DNA of 64,000 nucleotides from Eledone cirrhosa. Its lineage: Eukaryota. Numbering within the stretch: position 1 is the first letter of the stretch; every line of letters starts with the position of its first letter. The translations under genes and the position numbers were made by a program. Below are positions 25,751-40,009 of this stretch, in pieces. The stretch lies in assembly GCA_964016885.1 (NCBI GenBank), contig OZ024740.1:6820001-6884000 (forward strand), read 5' to 3'. The notes under the pieces were generated by a model. The model had not been told where the DNA came from. It ran no database searches and worked only from the letters and a program-made list of their open reading frames with translations.

Positions 25751-28700
25751 TTACCCCAAAATACTGAGATACTAAGGCAGTATTTATGAGAGACATTACC
25801 CCAAAATACTCAGATCCTAAGGCAGTATTTGTGAGAGACATTACCCCAAAATACTCAGATCCTAAGGCTGTAATTGTGAGAGACATGACCCCAAAATACT
25901 GAGATCCTAAGGCTGTATTTGTGAGAGACATTACCCCAAAATACGCAGATCCTAAGGCAGTATTTGTGAGAAACATTACACCAAAATACTCAGATCCTAA
26001 GGCAGTATTTATGAGAGACATTACCCCAAAATACTCAGATCCTAAGGCAGTATTTGTGAGAGACATTACCCCAAAATACTCAGATCCTAAGACAGTATTT
26101 GTGAGAGACATTACCCCAAAATACTCAGATCCTAAGGCAGTGTTTGTGAGAGACATTACATCAAAATACTCAGATCCTAAGGCTGTATTTGTGAGAGACA
26201 TTACCCCAAAATACTCAGATCCTAAGGCTGTATTTATGAGAGACATTACCCCAAAATACTCAGATCCTAAGGCTGTATTTGGGAGAGACATTACACCAAA
26301 ATACTCAGATCCTAAGGCTGTATTTATGAGAGACATTACCCCCAAAATACTCAGATCCTAAGGCTGTACTTGTGAGAGACATTACCCCAAAATACTGAGA
26401 TCCTAAGGCTGTATTTGTGAGAGACATTACCCCAAAATACTCAGATCCAAAGGCAGTATTTGTGAGAGACATTAGCCCAAAATACTGAGATCCTAAGGCT
26501 GTGTTTGTGAGAGACATTACCCCAAAATACTCAGATCCTAAGGCAGTATTTATGAGAGACATTACCCCAAAATACTGAGATCCTAAGACTGTATTTGTGA
26601 GAGACATTATCCCAAAATACTGAGATTCTAAGGCTGTATTTTTGAGAGACATTACCCCAAAATACTCAGATCCTCAGGCTGTATTTGTGGGAGACATTAC
26701 CCCAAAATACTCAGATCCTAAGGTAGTGTTTGTGAGAGACATTATCCCAAAATACTCAGATCCTAAGGCAGTATTTGTGAGAGACATTACCCCAAAATAC
26801 TCAGATCCTAAGGCTGTATTTGTGAGAGACATTACCCCAAAATACTGAGATCCTAAGGCAGTGTTTGTGAGAGACATTACGCCAAAATACTCAGATCCTA
26901 AGGCTGTATTTGTGAGCGACATTACCCCAAAATACTCAGATCCTAAGGCTGTATTTGTGAGAGACAATACCCCAAAATACTCAGATCCTAAGGCTGTATT
27001 TGTGAGAGACAATACCCCAAAATACTCAGATCCTAAGGCAGTATTTGTGAGAGACAATAACCCAAAATACTCAGATCCTAAGGCAGTATTTGTGAGAGTC
27101 AATAACCCAAAATACTCAGATCCTAAGGCAGTATTTGGGAGAGACATTACCCCCAAAATACTCAGATCCTAAGGCAGTGTTTGTGAGAGACATTACCGCA
27201 AAATACTCAGATCCTAAGGCATCGTTTGTGAGAGACATTACCCCAAAATACTCAGATCCTAAGGCTGTATTTGTGAGAGACATTACCCCAAAATACTCAG
27301 ATCCTAAGGCAGTGTTTGTGAGAGACATTACCCCAAAATACTCAGATCCTAAGGCAGTGTTTGTGAGAGATATTACCCGAAAATACTCAGATCCTAAGGC
27401 AGTGTTTGTAAGAGACATTACCCCCAAAATACTCAGATCATAAGGCAGTGTTTGTCCGAGATATTACCCCAAAATACTCAGATCCTAAGGCTGTATTTGT
27501 GAGAGACATTACCCCAAAATACTCAGATCCTAAGGCAGTATTTGTGAGAGACATTACCCCAAAATACTCAGATTCTCAGGCTCTATTTGTGACAGACATT
27601 ACCCCCAAAATACTCAAATCCTAAGGAAGAATTTGTGAGAGACATTACCCCGAAATACTCAGATCCTAAGGCAGTATTTGTGAGCGACATTATCCCAAAA
27701 TACTCAGATTCTAAGGCTGTATTTGTGAGAGACATTACCCCAAAATACTCAGATCCTATGGCAGTATTTGTGAGAGACATTACCCCAAAATACTGAGATC
27801 CTAAGGCAGTATTTGTGGGAGACATTACCCCAAAATACTGAGATCCTAAGGCTGTATTTGTGAGAGACATTACCCCAAAATACTGAGACCCTAAGGCAGT
27901 ATTTGTGAGATACATTACCCCAAAATACTCAGATCCTAAGGCAGTATTTGTGAGAGACATTACCCCAAAATACTGAGATACTAAGGCAGTATTTGTGAGA
28001 GACATTACCCCCAAATACTCAGATCCTAAGGCAGTATTTGTGAGAGACATTACCCCAAAATACTCAGATCCTAAGGCTGTAATTGTGAGAGACATGACCC
28101 CAAAATACTGAGATCCTAAGGCTGTATTTGTGAGAGACATTACCCCAAAATACGCAGATCCTAAGGCAGTATTTGTGAGAAACATTACACCAAAATACTC
28201 AGATCCTAAGGCAGTATTTATGAGAGACATTACCCCAAAATACTCAGATCCTAAGGCAGTATTTGTGAGAGACATTACCCCAAAATACTCAGATCCTAAG
28301 ACAGTATTTGTGAGAGACATTACCCCAAAATACTCAGATCCTAAGGCAGTGTTTGTGAGAGACATTACATCAAAATACTCAGATCCTAAGGCTGTATTTG
28401 TGAGAGACATTACCCCAAAATACTCAGATCCTAAGGCTGTATTTATGAGAGACATTACCCCAAAATACTCAGATCCTAAGGCTGTATTTGTGAGAGACAT
28501 TACACCAAAATACTCAGATCCTAAGGCTGTATTTATGAGAGACATTACCCCCAAAATACTCAGATCCTAAGGCTGTACTTGTGAGAGACATTACCCCAAA
28601 ATACTGAGATCCTAAGGCTGTATTTGTGAGAGACATTACCCCAAAATACTCAGATCCAAAGGCAGTATTTGTGAGAGACATTAGCCCAAAATACTCAGAT

Positions 28701-29050
28701 CCTAAGGCTGTGTTTGTGAGAGACATTACCCCAAAATACTCAGATCCTAAGGCAGTATTTATGAGAGACATTACCCCAAAATACTGAGATCCTAAGACTG
28801 TATTTGTGAGAGACATTATCCCAAAATACTGAGATTCTAAGGCTGTATTTTTGAGAGACATTACCCCAAAATACTCAGATCCTCAGGCTGTATTTGTGGG
28901 AGACATTACCCCAAAATACTCAGATCCTAAGGTAGTGTTTGTGAGAGACATTATCCCAAAATACTCAGATCCTAAGGCTGTATTTGTGAGAGACATTACC
29001 CCAAAATACTCAGATCCTAAGGCAGTATTTGTGAGAGACATTACCCCAAA
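25360..29050. repeat. Block duplication with 2209-bp offset (49 monomers + 4 bp)
   Basis: ORF pairs 25374/27583, 25921/28130, 26305/28514 and 26642/28851 are all offset by 2209. Confidence 0.85.
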
Positions 29051-32000
29051 ATACTCAGATCCTAAGGCTGTATTTGTGAGCGACATTACCCCAAAATACT
29101 CAGATCCTAAGGCTGTATTTGGGAGAGACATTACCCCCCAAAATACTCAGATCCTAAGGCTGTATTTGTGAGAGACATTACCCCAAAATACTGAGACCCT
29201 AAGGCAGTATTTGTGAGATACATTACCCCAAAATACTCAGATCCTAAGGCAGTATTCGTGAGAGACATTACCCCAAAATACACAGATCCTAAGGCAGTAT
29301 TTGTGTGAGACATTACCCCAAAATACTCAGATCCTAAGGCTGTAATTGTGAGAGACATGACCCCAAAATACTGAGATCCTAAGGCTGTATTTGTGAGAGA
29401 CATTACCCCAAAATACGCAGATCCTAAGGCAGTATTTGTGAGAAACATTACACCAAAATACTCAGATCCTAAGGCTGTATTTGTGAGAGACATTACCCCA
29501 AAATACTCAGATCCTAAGGCAGTATTTGTGAGAGATATTACCCCAAAATACTCAGATCCTAAGACAGTATTTGTGAGAGACATTACCCCAAAATACTCAG
29601 ATCCTAAGGCAGTGTTTGTGAGAGACATTACATCAAAATACTCAGATCCTAAGGCTGTATTTGTGAGAGACATTACCCCAAAATACTGAGATCGTAAGGC
29701 TGTATTTATGAGAGACATTACCCCAAAATACTCAGATCCTAAGGCTGTATTTGTGAGAGACATTACACCAAAATACTCAGATCCTAAGGCTGTATTTATG
29801 AGAGACATTAGCCCAAAATACTCAGATCCTAAGGCTGTGTTTGTGAGAGACATTACCCCAAAATACTCAGATCCTAAGGCAGTATTTATGAGAGACATTA
29901 CCCCAAAATACTGAGATCCTAAGACTGTATTTGTGAGAGACATTACCCCAAAATACTCAGATCCTAAGGCAGTGTTTGTGAGAGACATTACCCCAAAATA
30001 CTGAGATCCTAAGGCTGTATTTGTGAGAGACATTACCCCCCAAAATACTGAGATCCTAAGGCTGTATTTGTGAGAGACATTACCACAAAATACTCAGATC
30101 CTAAGGCAGTATTTGTGAGAGATATTACCCCAAAATACTGAGATTCTAAGGCAGTATTTGTGAGAGACATTACCCCAAAATACTGAGATCCTAAGGCTGT
30201 ATTTGTGAGAGACATTACGCCAAAATACTGAGATCCTAAGGCAGTATTTGTGAGAGACATTACCCCAAAATACTGAGATCCTAAGGCAGTATTTGTGAGA
30301 GACATTACCCCAAAATACTGAGATCCTAAGGCAGTATTTGTGAGAGACATTACCCCAAAATACTCAGATCCTAAGGCAGTATTTGTGAGAGACATTACCC
30401 CAAAATACTAAGATCCTAAGGCAGTATTTGTGAGAGACATTACCCCAAAATACTCAGATCCTAAGGCAGTATTTGTGAGAGACATTACCCCAAAATACTG
30501 AGATCCTAAGGCTGTATTAGTGAGAGACATTACCCCAAAATACTGAGATCCTAAGGCTGTATTTGTGAGAGACATTACCCCAGAATACTCAGATCCTAAG
30601 GCAGTATTTGTGAGAGACATTACCCCAAAATACTCAGATTCTCAGGCTCTATTTGTGACAGACATTACCCCCAAAATACTCAAATCCTAAGGAAGAATTT
30701 GTGAGAGACATTACCCCGAAATACTCAGATCCTAAGGCAGTATTTGTGAGCGACATTATCCCAAAATACTCAGATTCTAAGGCTGTATTTGTGAGAGACA
30801 TTACCCCAAAATACTCAGATCCTATGGCAGTATTTGTGAGAGACATTACCCCAAAATACTGAGATCCTAAGGCAGTATTTGTGGGAGACATTACCCCAAA
30901 ATACTGAGATCCTAAGGCTGTATTTGTGAGAGACATTACCCCAAAATACTGAGACCCTAAGGCAGTATTTGTGAGATACATTACCCCAAAATACTCAGAT
31001 CCTAAGGCAGTATTTGTGAGAGACATTACCCCAAAATACTGAGATACTAAGGCAGTATTTGTGAGAGACATTACCCCCAAATACTCAGATCCTAAGGCAG
31101 TATTTGTGAGAGACATTACCCCAAAATACTCAGATCCTAAGGCTGTAATTGTGAGAGACATGACCCCAAAATACTGAGATCCTAAGGCTGTATTTGTGAG
31201 AGACATTACCCCAAAATACGCAGATCCTAAGGCAGTATTTGTGAGAAACATTACACCAAAATACTCAGATCCTAAGGCAGTATTTATGAGAGACATTACC
31301 CCAAAATACTCAGATCCTAAGGCAGTATTTGTGAGAGACATTACCCCAAAATACTCAGATCCTAAGACAGTATTTGTGAGAGACATTACCCCAAAATACT
31401 CAGATCCTAAGGCAGTGTTTGTGAGAGACATTACATCAAAATACTCAGATCCTAAGGCTGTATTTGTGAGAGACATTACCCCAAAATACTCAGATCCTAA
31501 GGCTGTATTTATGAGAGACATTACCCCAAAATACTCAGATCCTAAGGCTGTATTTGTGAGAGACATTACACCAAAATACTCAGATCCTAAGGCTGTATTT
31601 ATGAGAGACATTACCCCCAAAATACTCAGATCCTAAGGCTGTACTTGTGAGAGACATTACCCCAAAATACTGAGATCCTAAGGCTGTATTTGTGAGAGAC
31701 ATTACCCCAAAATACTCAGATCCAAAGGCAGTATTTGTGAGAGACATTAGCCCAAAATACTCAGATCCTAAGGCTGTGTTTGTGAGAGACATTACCCCAA
31801 AATACTCAGATCCTAAGGCAGTATTTATGAGAGACATTACCCCAAAATACTGAGATCCTAAGACTGTATTTGTGAGAGACATTATCCCAAAATACTGAGA
31901 TTCTAAGGCTGTATTTTTGAGAGACATTACCCCAAAATACTCAGATCCTCAGGCTGTATTTGTGGGAGACATTACCCCAAAATACTCAGATCCTAAGGTA

Positions 32001-33760
32001 GTGTTTGTGAGAGACATTATCCCAAAATACTCAGATCCTAAGGCTGTATTTGTGAGAGACATTACCCCAAAATACTCAGATCCTAAGGCAGTATTTGTGA
32101 GAGACATTACCCCAAAATACTCAGATCCTAAGGCTGTATTTGTGAGCGACATTACCCCAAAATACTCAGATCCTAAGGCTGTATTTGTGAGAGACAATAC
32201 CCCAAAATACTCAGATCCTAAGGCAGTATTTGTGAGAGACAATAACACAAAATACTCAGATCCTAAGGCAGTATTTGGGAGAGACATTACCCCCCAAAAT
32301 ACTCAGATCCTAAGGCTGTATTTGTGAGAGACATTACCCCAAAATACTGAGACCCTAAGGCAGTATTTGTGAGATACATTACCCCAAAATACTCAGATCC
32401 TAAGGCAGTATTCGTGAGAGACATTACCCCAAAATACACAGATCCTAAGGCAGTATTTGTGTGAGACATTACCCCAAAATACTCAGATCCTAAGGCTGTA
32501 ATTGTGAGAGACATGACCCCAAAATACTGAGATCCTAAGGCTGTATTTGTGAGAGACATTACCCCAAAATACGCAGATCCTAAGGCAGTATTTGTGAGAA
32601 ACATTACACCAAAATACTCAGATCCTAAGGCTGTATTTGTGAGAGACATTACCCCAAAATACTCAGATCCTAAGGCAGTATTTGTGAGAGATATTACCCC
32701 AAAATACTCAGATCCTAAGACAGTATTTGTGAGAGACATTACCCCAAAATACTCAGATCCTAAGGCAGTGTTTGTGAGAGACATTACATCAAAATACTCA
32801 GATCCTAAGGCTGTATTTGTGAGAGACATTACCCCAAAATACTGAGATCGTAAGGCTGTATTTATGAGAGACATTACCCCAAAATACTCAGATCCTAAGG
32901 CTGTATTTGTGAGAGACATTACACCAAAATACTCAGATCCTAAGGCTGTATTTATGAGAGACATTAGCCCAAAATACTCAGATCCTAAGGCTGTGTTTGT
33001 GAGAGACATTACCCCAAAATACTCAGATCCTAAGGCAGTATTTATGAGAGACATTACCCCAAAATACTGAGATCCTAAGACTGTATTTGTGAGAGACATT
33101 ACCCCAAAATACTCAGATCCTAAGGCAGTGTTTGTGAGAGACATTACCCCAAAATACTGAGATCCTAAGGCTGTATTTGTGAGAGACATTACCCCCCAAA
33201 ATACTGAGATCCTAAGGCTGTATTTGTGAGAGACATTACCACAAAATACTCAGATCCTAAGGCAGTATTTGTGAGAGATATTACCCCAAAATACTGAGAT
33301 TCTAAGGCAGTATTTGTGAGAGACATTACCCCAAAATACTGAGATCCTAAGGCTGTATTTGTGAGAGACATTACGCCAAAATACTGAGATCCTAAGGCAG
33401 TATTTGTGAGAGACATTACCCCAAAATACTGAGATCCTAAGGCAGTATTTGTGAGAGACATTACCCCAAAATACTGAGATCCTAAGGCAGTATTTGTGAG
33501 AGACATTACCCCAAAATACTCAGATCCTAAGGCAGTATTTGTGAGAGACATTACCCCAAAATACTAAGATCCTAAGGCAGTATTTGTGAGAGACATTACC
33601 CCAAAATACTCAGATCCTAAGGCAGTATTTGTGAGAGACATTACCCCAAAATACTGAGATCCTAAGGCTGTATTAGTGAGAGACATTACCCCAAAATACT
33701 GAGATCCTAAGGCTGTATTTGTGAGAGACATTACCCCAGAATACTCAGATCCTAAGGCAG
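27540..33760. repeat. Tandem block duplication, unit 3066-3156 bp (68-70 monomers)
   Basis: ORF pairs are offset by 3066 (27583/30649, 28130/31196, 28514/31580, 28851/31917), then by 3156 (29131/32287, 30033/33189, 30408/33564). Shared rare variants include CCTATGGCA, GTATTCGTG, GATCGTAAGG and GTATTAGTG. Confidence 0.9.
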
Positions 33761-36700
33761 TAATTATGAGAGACATTACACCAAAATACTCAGATCCTAA
33801 GGCTGTATTTGTGAGAGACATTACCCCAAAATACTCAGATCCTAAGGCAGTATTTGTGAGAGACATTACCCCAAAATACTAAGATCCTAAGGCAGTAATT
33901 GTGAGAGACATTACCCCAAAATACTCAGGTCCTAAGGCAGTGTTTGTGAGAGACATTACGCCAAAATACTCAGATCCTAAGGCTGTGTTTGTGACAGACA
34001 TTACCCCAATATACTCAGATCCTAAGACAGTGTTTGTGAGAGACATTACCCCAAAATACTCAGATCCTAAGGCTGTATTTGTGAGAGACATTACCCCAAA
34101 ATACTGAGATACTAAGGCTGTATTTTTGAGAGACATTACCCCAAAATACTCAGATCCTCAGGCTGTATTTTTGGGAGACATTACCCCAAAATACTCAGAT
34201 CCTAAGGTAGTGTTTGTGAGAGACATTATCCCAAAATACTCAGATCCTAAGGCTGTATTTGTGAGAGACATTACCCCAAAATAATCAGATCCTAAGGCAG
34301 TATTTGTGAGAGACATTACCCCAAAATACTCAGATCCTAAGGCTGTATTTGTGAGAGACATTACCCCAAAATACTGAGATCCTAAGGCAGTGTTTGTGAG
34401 AGACATTACGCCAAAATACTCAGATCCTAAGACTGTATTTGTGAGCGATATTACCCCAAAATACTGAGATCCTAAGGCTGTATTTGTGAGAGACAATACC
34501 CCAAAATACTCTGATCCTAAGGCTGTATTTGTGAGAGACAATACCCCAAAATACTCAGATCCTAAGGCAGTATTTGTGAGAGACAATAACCCAAAATACT
34601 CAGATCCTAAGGCAGTATTTGGGAGAGACATTACCCCCAAAATACTCAGATCCTAAGGCTGTACTTGTGAGAGACATTACCCCAAAATACTCAGATCCTA
34701 AGGCAGTGTTTGTGAGAGACATTACCGCAAAATACTCAGATCCTAAGGCATCGTTTGTGAGAGACATTACCCCAAAATACTCAGATCCTAAGGCTGTATT
34801 TGTGAGAGACATTACCCCAAAATACTCAGATCCTAAGGCAGTGTTTGTGAGAGACATTACCCCAAAATACTCAGATCCTAAGGCAGTGTTTGTGAGAGAT
34901 ATTACCCGAAAATACTCAGATCCTAAGGCAGTGTTTGTAAGAGACATTACCCCCAAAATACTCAGATCCTAAGGCAGTGTTTGTGCGAGATATTACCCCA
35001 AAATACTCAGATCCTAAGGAAGAATTTGTGAGAGACATTACCCCAAAATACTGAGATCCTAAGGCAGTATTTGTGAGAGACATTACCCCAAAATACTCAG
35101 ATTCTCAGGCTCTATTTGTGACAGACATTACCCCCAAAATACTCAAATCCTAAGGAAGAATTTGTGAGAGACATTACCCCGAAATACTCAGATCCTAAGG
35201 CAGTATTTCTGAGCGACATTACCCCAAAATACTCAGATTCTAAGGCTGTATTTGTGAGAGACATTACCCCAAAATACTCAGATCCTAAGGCAGTATTTGT
35301 GAGAGACATTACCCCAAAATACTGAGATCCTAAGGCAGTATTTATGAGAGACATTACCCCAAAATACTGAGATCCTAAGGCTGTATTTGTGAGAGACATT
35401 ACCCCAAAATACTGAGACCCTAAGGCAGTATTTGTGAGATACATTACCCCAAAATACTCAGATCCTAAGGCAGTATTTGTGAGAGACATTACCCCAAAAT
35501 ACTGAGATCCTAAGGCAGTATTTGTGAGAGACATTACCCCAAAATACTCAGATCCTAAGACAGTATTTGTGAGAGACATTACCCCAAAATACTCAGATCC
35601 TAAGGCTGTATTTGTGAGAGACATTACCCCAAAATACTGAGATCCTAAGGCTGTATTTATGAGAGACATTACCCCAAAATACTCAGATCCTAAGGCTGTA
35701 TTTGTGAGAGACATTACACCAAAATACTCAGATCCTAAGGCTGTATTTATGAGAGACGTTACCCCAAAATACTCAGATTCTAAGGCAGTGTTTGTGAGAG
35801 ACATTACCCCAAAATACTGAGATCCTAAGGCTGTATTTGTGAGAGACATTACCCCAAAATACTCAGATCCAAAGGCAGTATTTGTGAGAGACATTAGCCC
35901 AAAATACTCAGATCCTAAGGCTGTGTTTGTGAGAGACATTACCCCAAAATACTCAGATCCTAAGGCAGTATTTATGAGAGACATAACCCCAAAATACTGA
36001 GATCCTAAGACTGTATTTGTGAGAGACATTACCCCAAAATACTCAGATCCTAAGGCAGTGTTTGTGAGAGACATTACCACAAAATACTGAGATCCTAAGG
36101 CTGTATTTGTGAGAGACAATACTCAAAATACTGAGATCCTAAGGCTGTATTTGTGAGAGACATTACCACAAAATACTCATATCCTAAGGCAGTATTTGTG
36201 AGAGACATTACCCCAAAATACTGAGATCCTAAGGCAGTATTTGTGAGAGACATTACCCCAAAATACTGAGATACTAAGGCTGTATTTGTGAGAGACATTA
36301 CGCCAAAATACTGAGATTCTAAGGCTGTATTTGTGAGAGACATTACCCCAAAATACTGAGATCCTAAGGCAGTGTTTGTGAGAGACATTACGCCAAAATA
36401 CTGAGATCCGAAGGCTGTATTTGTGAGAGACATTACCCCAAAATACTCAGATCCTAAGGCAGTATTTGTGAGAGACATTACCCCAAAATACTGAGATCCT
36501 AAGGCAGTATTTGTGAGAGACATTACCCCAAAATACTCAGATCCTAAGGCAGTATTTGTGAGACATTACCCCAAAATACTGAGATCCTAAGGCAGTATTT
36601 GTGAGAGACATTACCCCAAAATACTGAGATCCGAAGGCTGTATTTGTGAGAGACATTACCCCAGAATACTCAGATCCTAAGGCAGTAATTGTGAGAGACA

Positions 36701-36789
36701 TTACACCAAAATACTCAGATCCTAAGGCTGTATTTGTGAGAGACATTACCCCAAAATACTCAGATCCTAAGGCAGTATTTGTGAGAGGC

Positions 36790-39400
36790 ATTACCCTAAA
36801 ATACTGAGTTCCTAAGGCAGTATTTGTGAGAGACATTACCCCCCAAATACTCAGATCCTAAGGCTGTATTTGTGAGAGACATTACCCCAAAATACTCAGA
36901 TCCTAAGGCAGTATTTGTGAGAGACATTACCCCAAAATACTCAGACCCTAAGGCAGTATTTGTGAGAGACATTACCCCAAAATACTGAGATCCTAAGGCA
37001 GTGTTTGTGAGAGACATTACCCCCAACATACTCAGATCCTAAGGCTGTATTTGTGAGAGACATTACCCCAAAATACTCAGATCCTAAGGCTGTATTTGTG
37101 AGAGACATTACACCAAAATACTCAGATCCTAAGGCTGTATTTATGAGAGACATTACCCCAAAATACTCAGATTCTAAGGCAGTGTTTGTGAGAGACATTA
37201 CCCCAAAATACTGAGATCCTAAGGCTGTATTTCTGAGAGACATTACCCCAAAATACTCAGATCCTAAGGCTGTGTTTGTGAGAGACATTACCCCAAAATA
37301 CTCAGATCCTAAGGCAGTATTTATGAGAGACATTACCCCAAAATACTGAGATCCTAAGACTGTATTTGTGAGAGACATTACCCCAAAATACTCAGATCCT
37401 AAGGCAGTGTTTGTGAGAGACATTACCCCAAAATACTGAGATCCTAAGGCTGTATTTGTGAGAGACATTACCCCCCAAAATACTGAGATCCTAAGGCTGT
37501 ATTTGTGAGAGACATTACCCCAAAATACTCAGATCCTAAGGCAGTGTTTGTGAGAGACATTACCCCAAAATACTGAGATCCTAAGGCTGTATTTGTGAGA
37601 GACATTACCCCCCAAAATACTGAGATCCTAAGGCTGTATTTGTGAGAGACATTACCCCAAAATACTCAGATCCTAAGGCAGTATTTGTGAGAGACATTAC
37701 CCCAAAATACTGAGATCCTAAGGCAGTATTTGTGAGAGACATTACCCCAAAATACTGAGATCCTAAGGCTGTATTTGTGAGAGACATTACCCCAGAATAC
37801 TCAGATCCTAAGGCAGTAATTGTGAGAGACATTACACCAAAATACTCAGATCCTGAGGCTGTATTTGTGAGAGACATTACCCCAAAATACTCAGATCCTA
37901 AGGCAGTATTTGTGAGAGACATTACCCCAAAATACTAAGATCCTAAGGCAGTATTTGTGAGAGACATTACCCCAAAATACTCAGATCCTAAGGCAGTATT
38001 TGTGAGAGACATTACCCCAAAATACTCAGATCCTAAGGCTGTATTTGTGAGAGACATTACCCCAGAATACTCAGATCCTAAGGCAGTGATTGTGAGAGAC
38101 ATTACACCAAAATACTCAGATCCTAAGGCTGTATTTGTAAGAGACATTACCCCAAAATACTCAGATCCTAAGGCAGTATTTGTGAGAGACATTACCCCAA
38201 AATACTAAGATCCTAAGGCAGTAATTGTGAGAGACATTACCCCAAAATACTCAGATCCTAAGGCAGTGTTTGTGAGAGACATTACGCCAAAATACTCAGA
38301 TCCTATGGCTGTATTTGTGAGAGACATTACCCCAAAATACTCAGATCCTAAGGCAGTATTTGTGAGAGACATTACCCCAAAATACTAAGATCCTAAGGCA
38401 GTATTTGTGAGAGACATTACCCCAAAATACTCAGATCCTAAGGCAGTATTTGTGAGAGACATTACCCCAAAATACTGAGATCCTAAGGCAGTATTTGTGA
38501 GAGACATTACCCCAAAATACTGAGATCCTAAGGCTGTATTTGTGAGAGACATTACCCCAGAATACTCAGATCCTAAGGCAGTAATTGTGAGAGACATTAC
38601 ACCAAAATACTCAGATCCTAAGGCTGTATTTGTAAGAGACATTACCCCAAAATACTCAGATCCTAAGGCTGTGTTTGTGAGAGATATTACCCCAAAATAC
38701 TGAGTTCCTAAGGCAGTATTTGTGAGAGACATTACCCCCCAAATACTCAGATCCTAAGGCTGTATTTGTGAGAGACATTACCCCAAAATACTCAGATCCT
38801 AAGGCAGTATTTGTGAGAGACATTACCCCAAAATACTCAGACCCTAAGGCAGTATTTGTGAGAGACATTACCCCAAAATACTGAGATCCTAAGGCAGTGT
38901 TTGTGAGAGACATTACCCCCAACATACTCAGATCCTAAGGCTGTATTTGTGAGAGACATTACCCCAAAATACTCAGATCCTAAGGCTGTATTTGTGAGAG
39001 ACATTACACCAAAATACTCAGATCCTAAGGCTGTATTTATGAGAGACATTACCCCAAAATACTCAGATTCTAAGGCAGTGTTTGTGAGAGACATTACCCC
39101 AAAATACTGAGATCCTAAGGCTGTATTTCTGAGAGACATTACCCCAAAATACTCAGATCCTAAGGCTGTGTTTGTGAGAGACATTACCCCAAAATACTCA
39201 GATCCTAAGGCAGTATTTATGAGAGACATTACCCCAAAATACTGAGATCCTAAGACTGTATTTGTGAGAGACATTACCCCAAAATACTCAGATCCTAAGG
39301 CAGTGTTTGTGAGAGACATTACCCCAAAATACTGAGATCCTAAGGCTGTATTTGTGAGAGACATTACCCCCCAAAATACTGAGATCCTAAGGCTGTATTT
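36790..39400. repeat. Block duplication with 1896-bp offset (about 42 monomers)
   Basis: The ORF pair 36941-37468/38837-39364 is identical, and ORF ends 37029/38925 match. Shared variants are TGAGTTCC, CCCCCAACATAC and GTATTTCTGAG. Confidence 0.8.
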
Positions 39401-40009
39401 GTGAGAGACATTACCACAAAATACTCAGATCTTAAGGCAGTATTTGTGAGAGACATTACCCCAAAATACTGAGATCCTAAGGCAGTATTTGTGAGAGACA
39501 TTACCCCAAAATACTGAGATCCTAAGGCTGTATTTGTGAGAGACATTACGCCAAAATACTGAGATCCAAAGGCAGTATTTGTGAGAGAGATTACCCCAAA
39601 ATACTCAGATCCTAAGGCAGTATTTGTGAGAGACATTACCCCAAAATACTGAGATCCTAAGGCAGTATTTGTGAGAGACATTACCCCAAAATACTGAGAT
39701 CCTAAGGCTGTATTTGTGAGAGACATTACCCCAGAATACTCAGATCCTAAGGCAGTAATTGTGAGAGACATTACACCAAAATACTCAGATCCTGGAGCTG
39801 TATTTGTGAGAGACATTACCCCAAAATACTCAGATCCTAAGGCAGTATTTGTGAGAGACATTACCCCAAAATACTAAGATCCTAAGGCAGTATTTGTGAG
39901 AGACATTACCCCAAAATACTCAGATCCTAAGGCAGTATTTGTGAGAGACATTACCCCAAAATACTAAGATCCTAAGGCAGTAATTGTGAGAGACATTACC
40001 CCAAAATAC

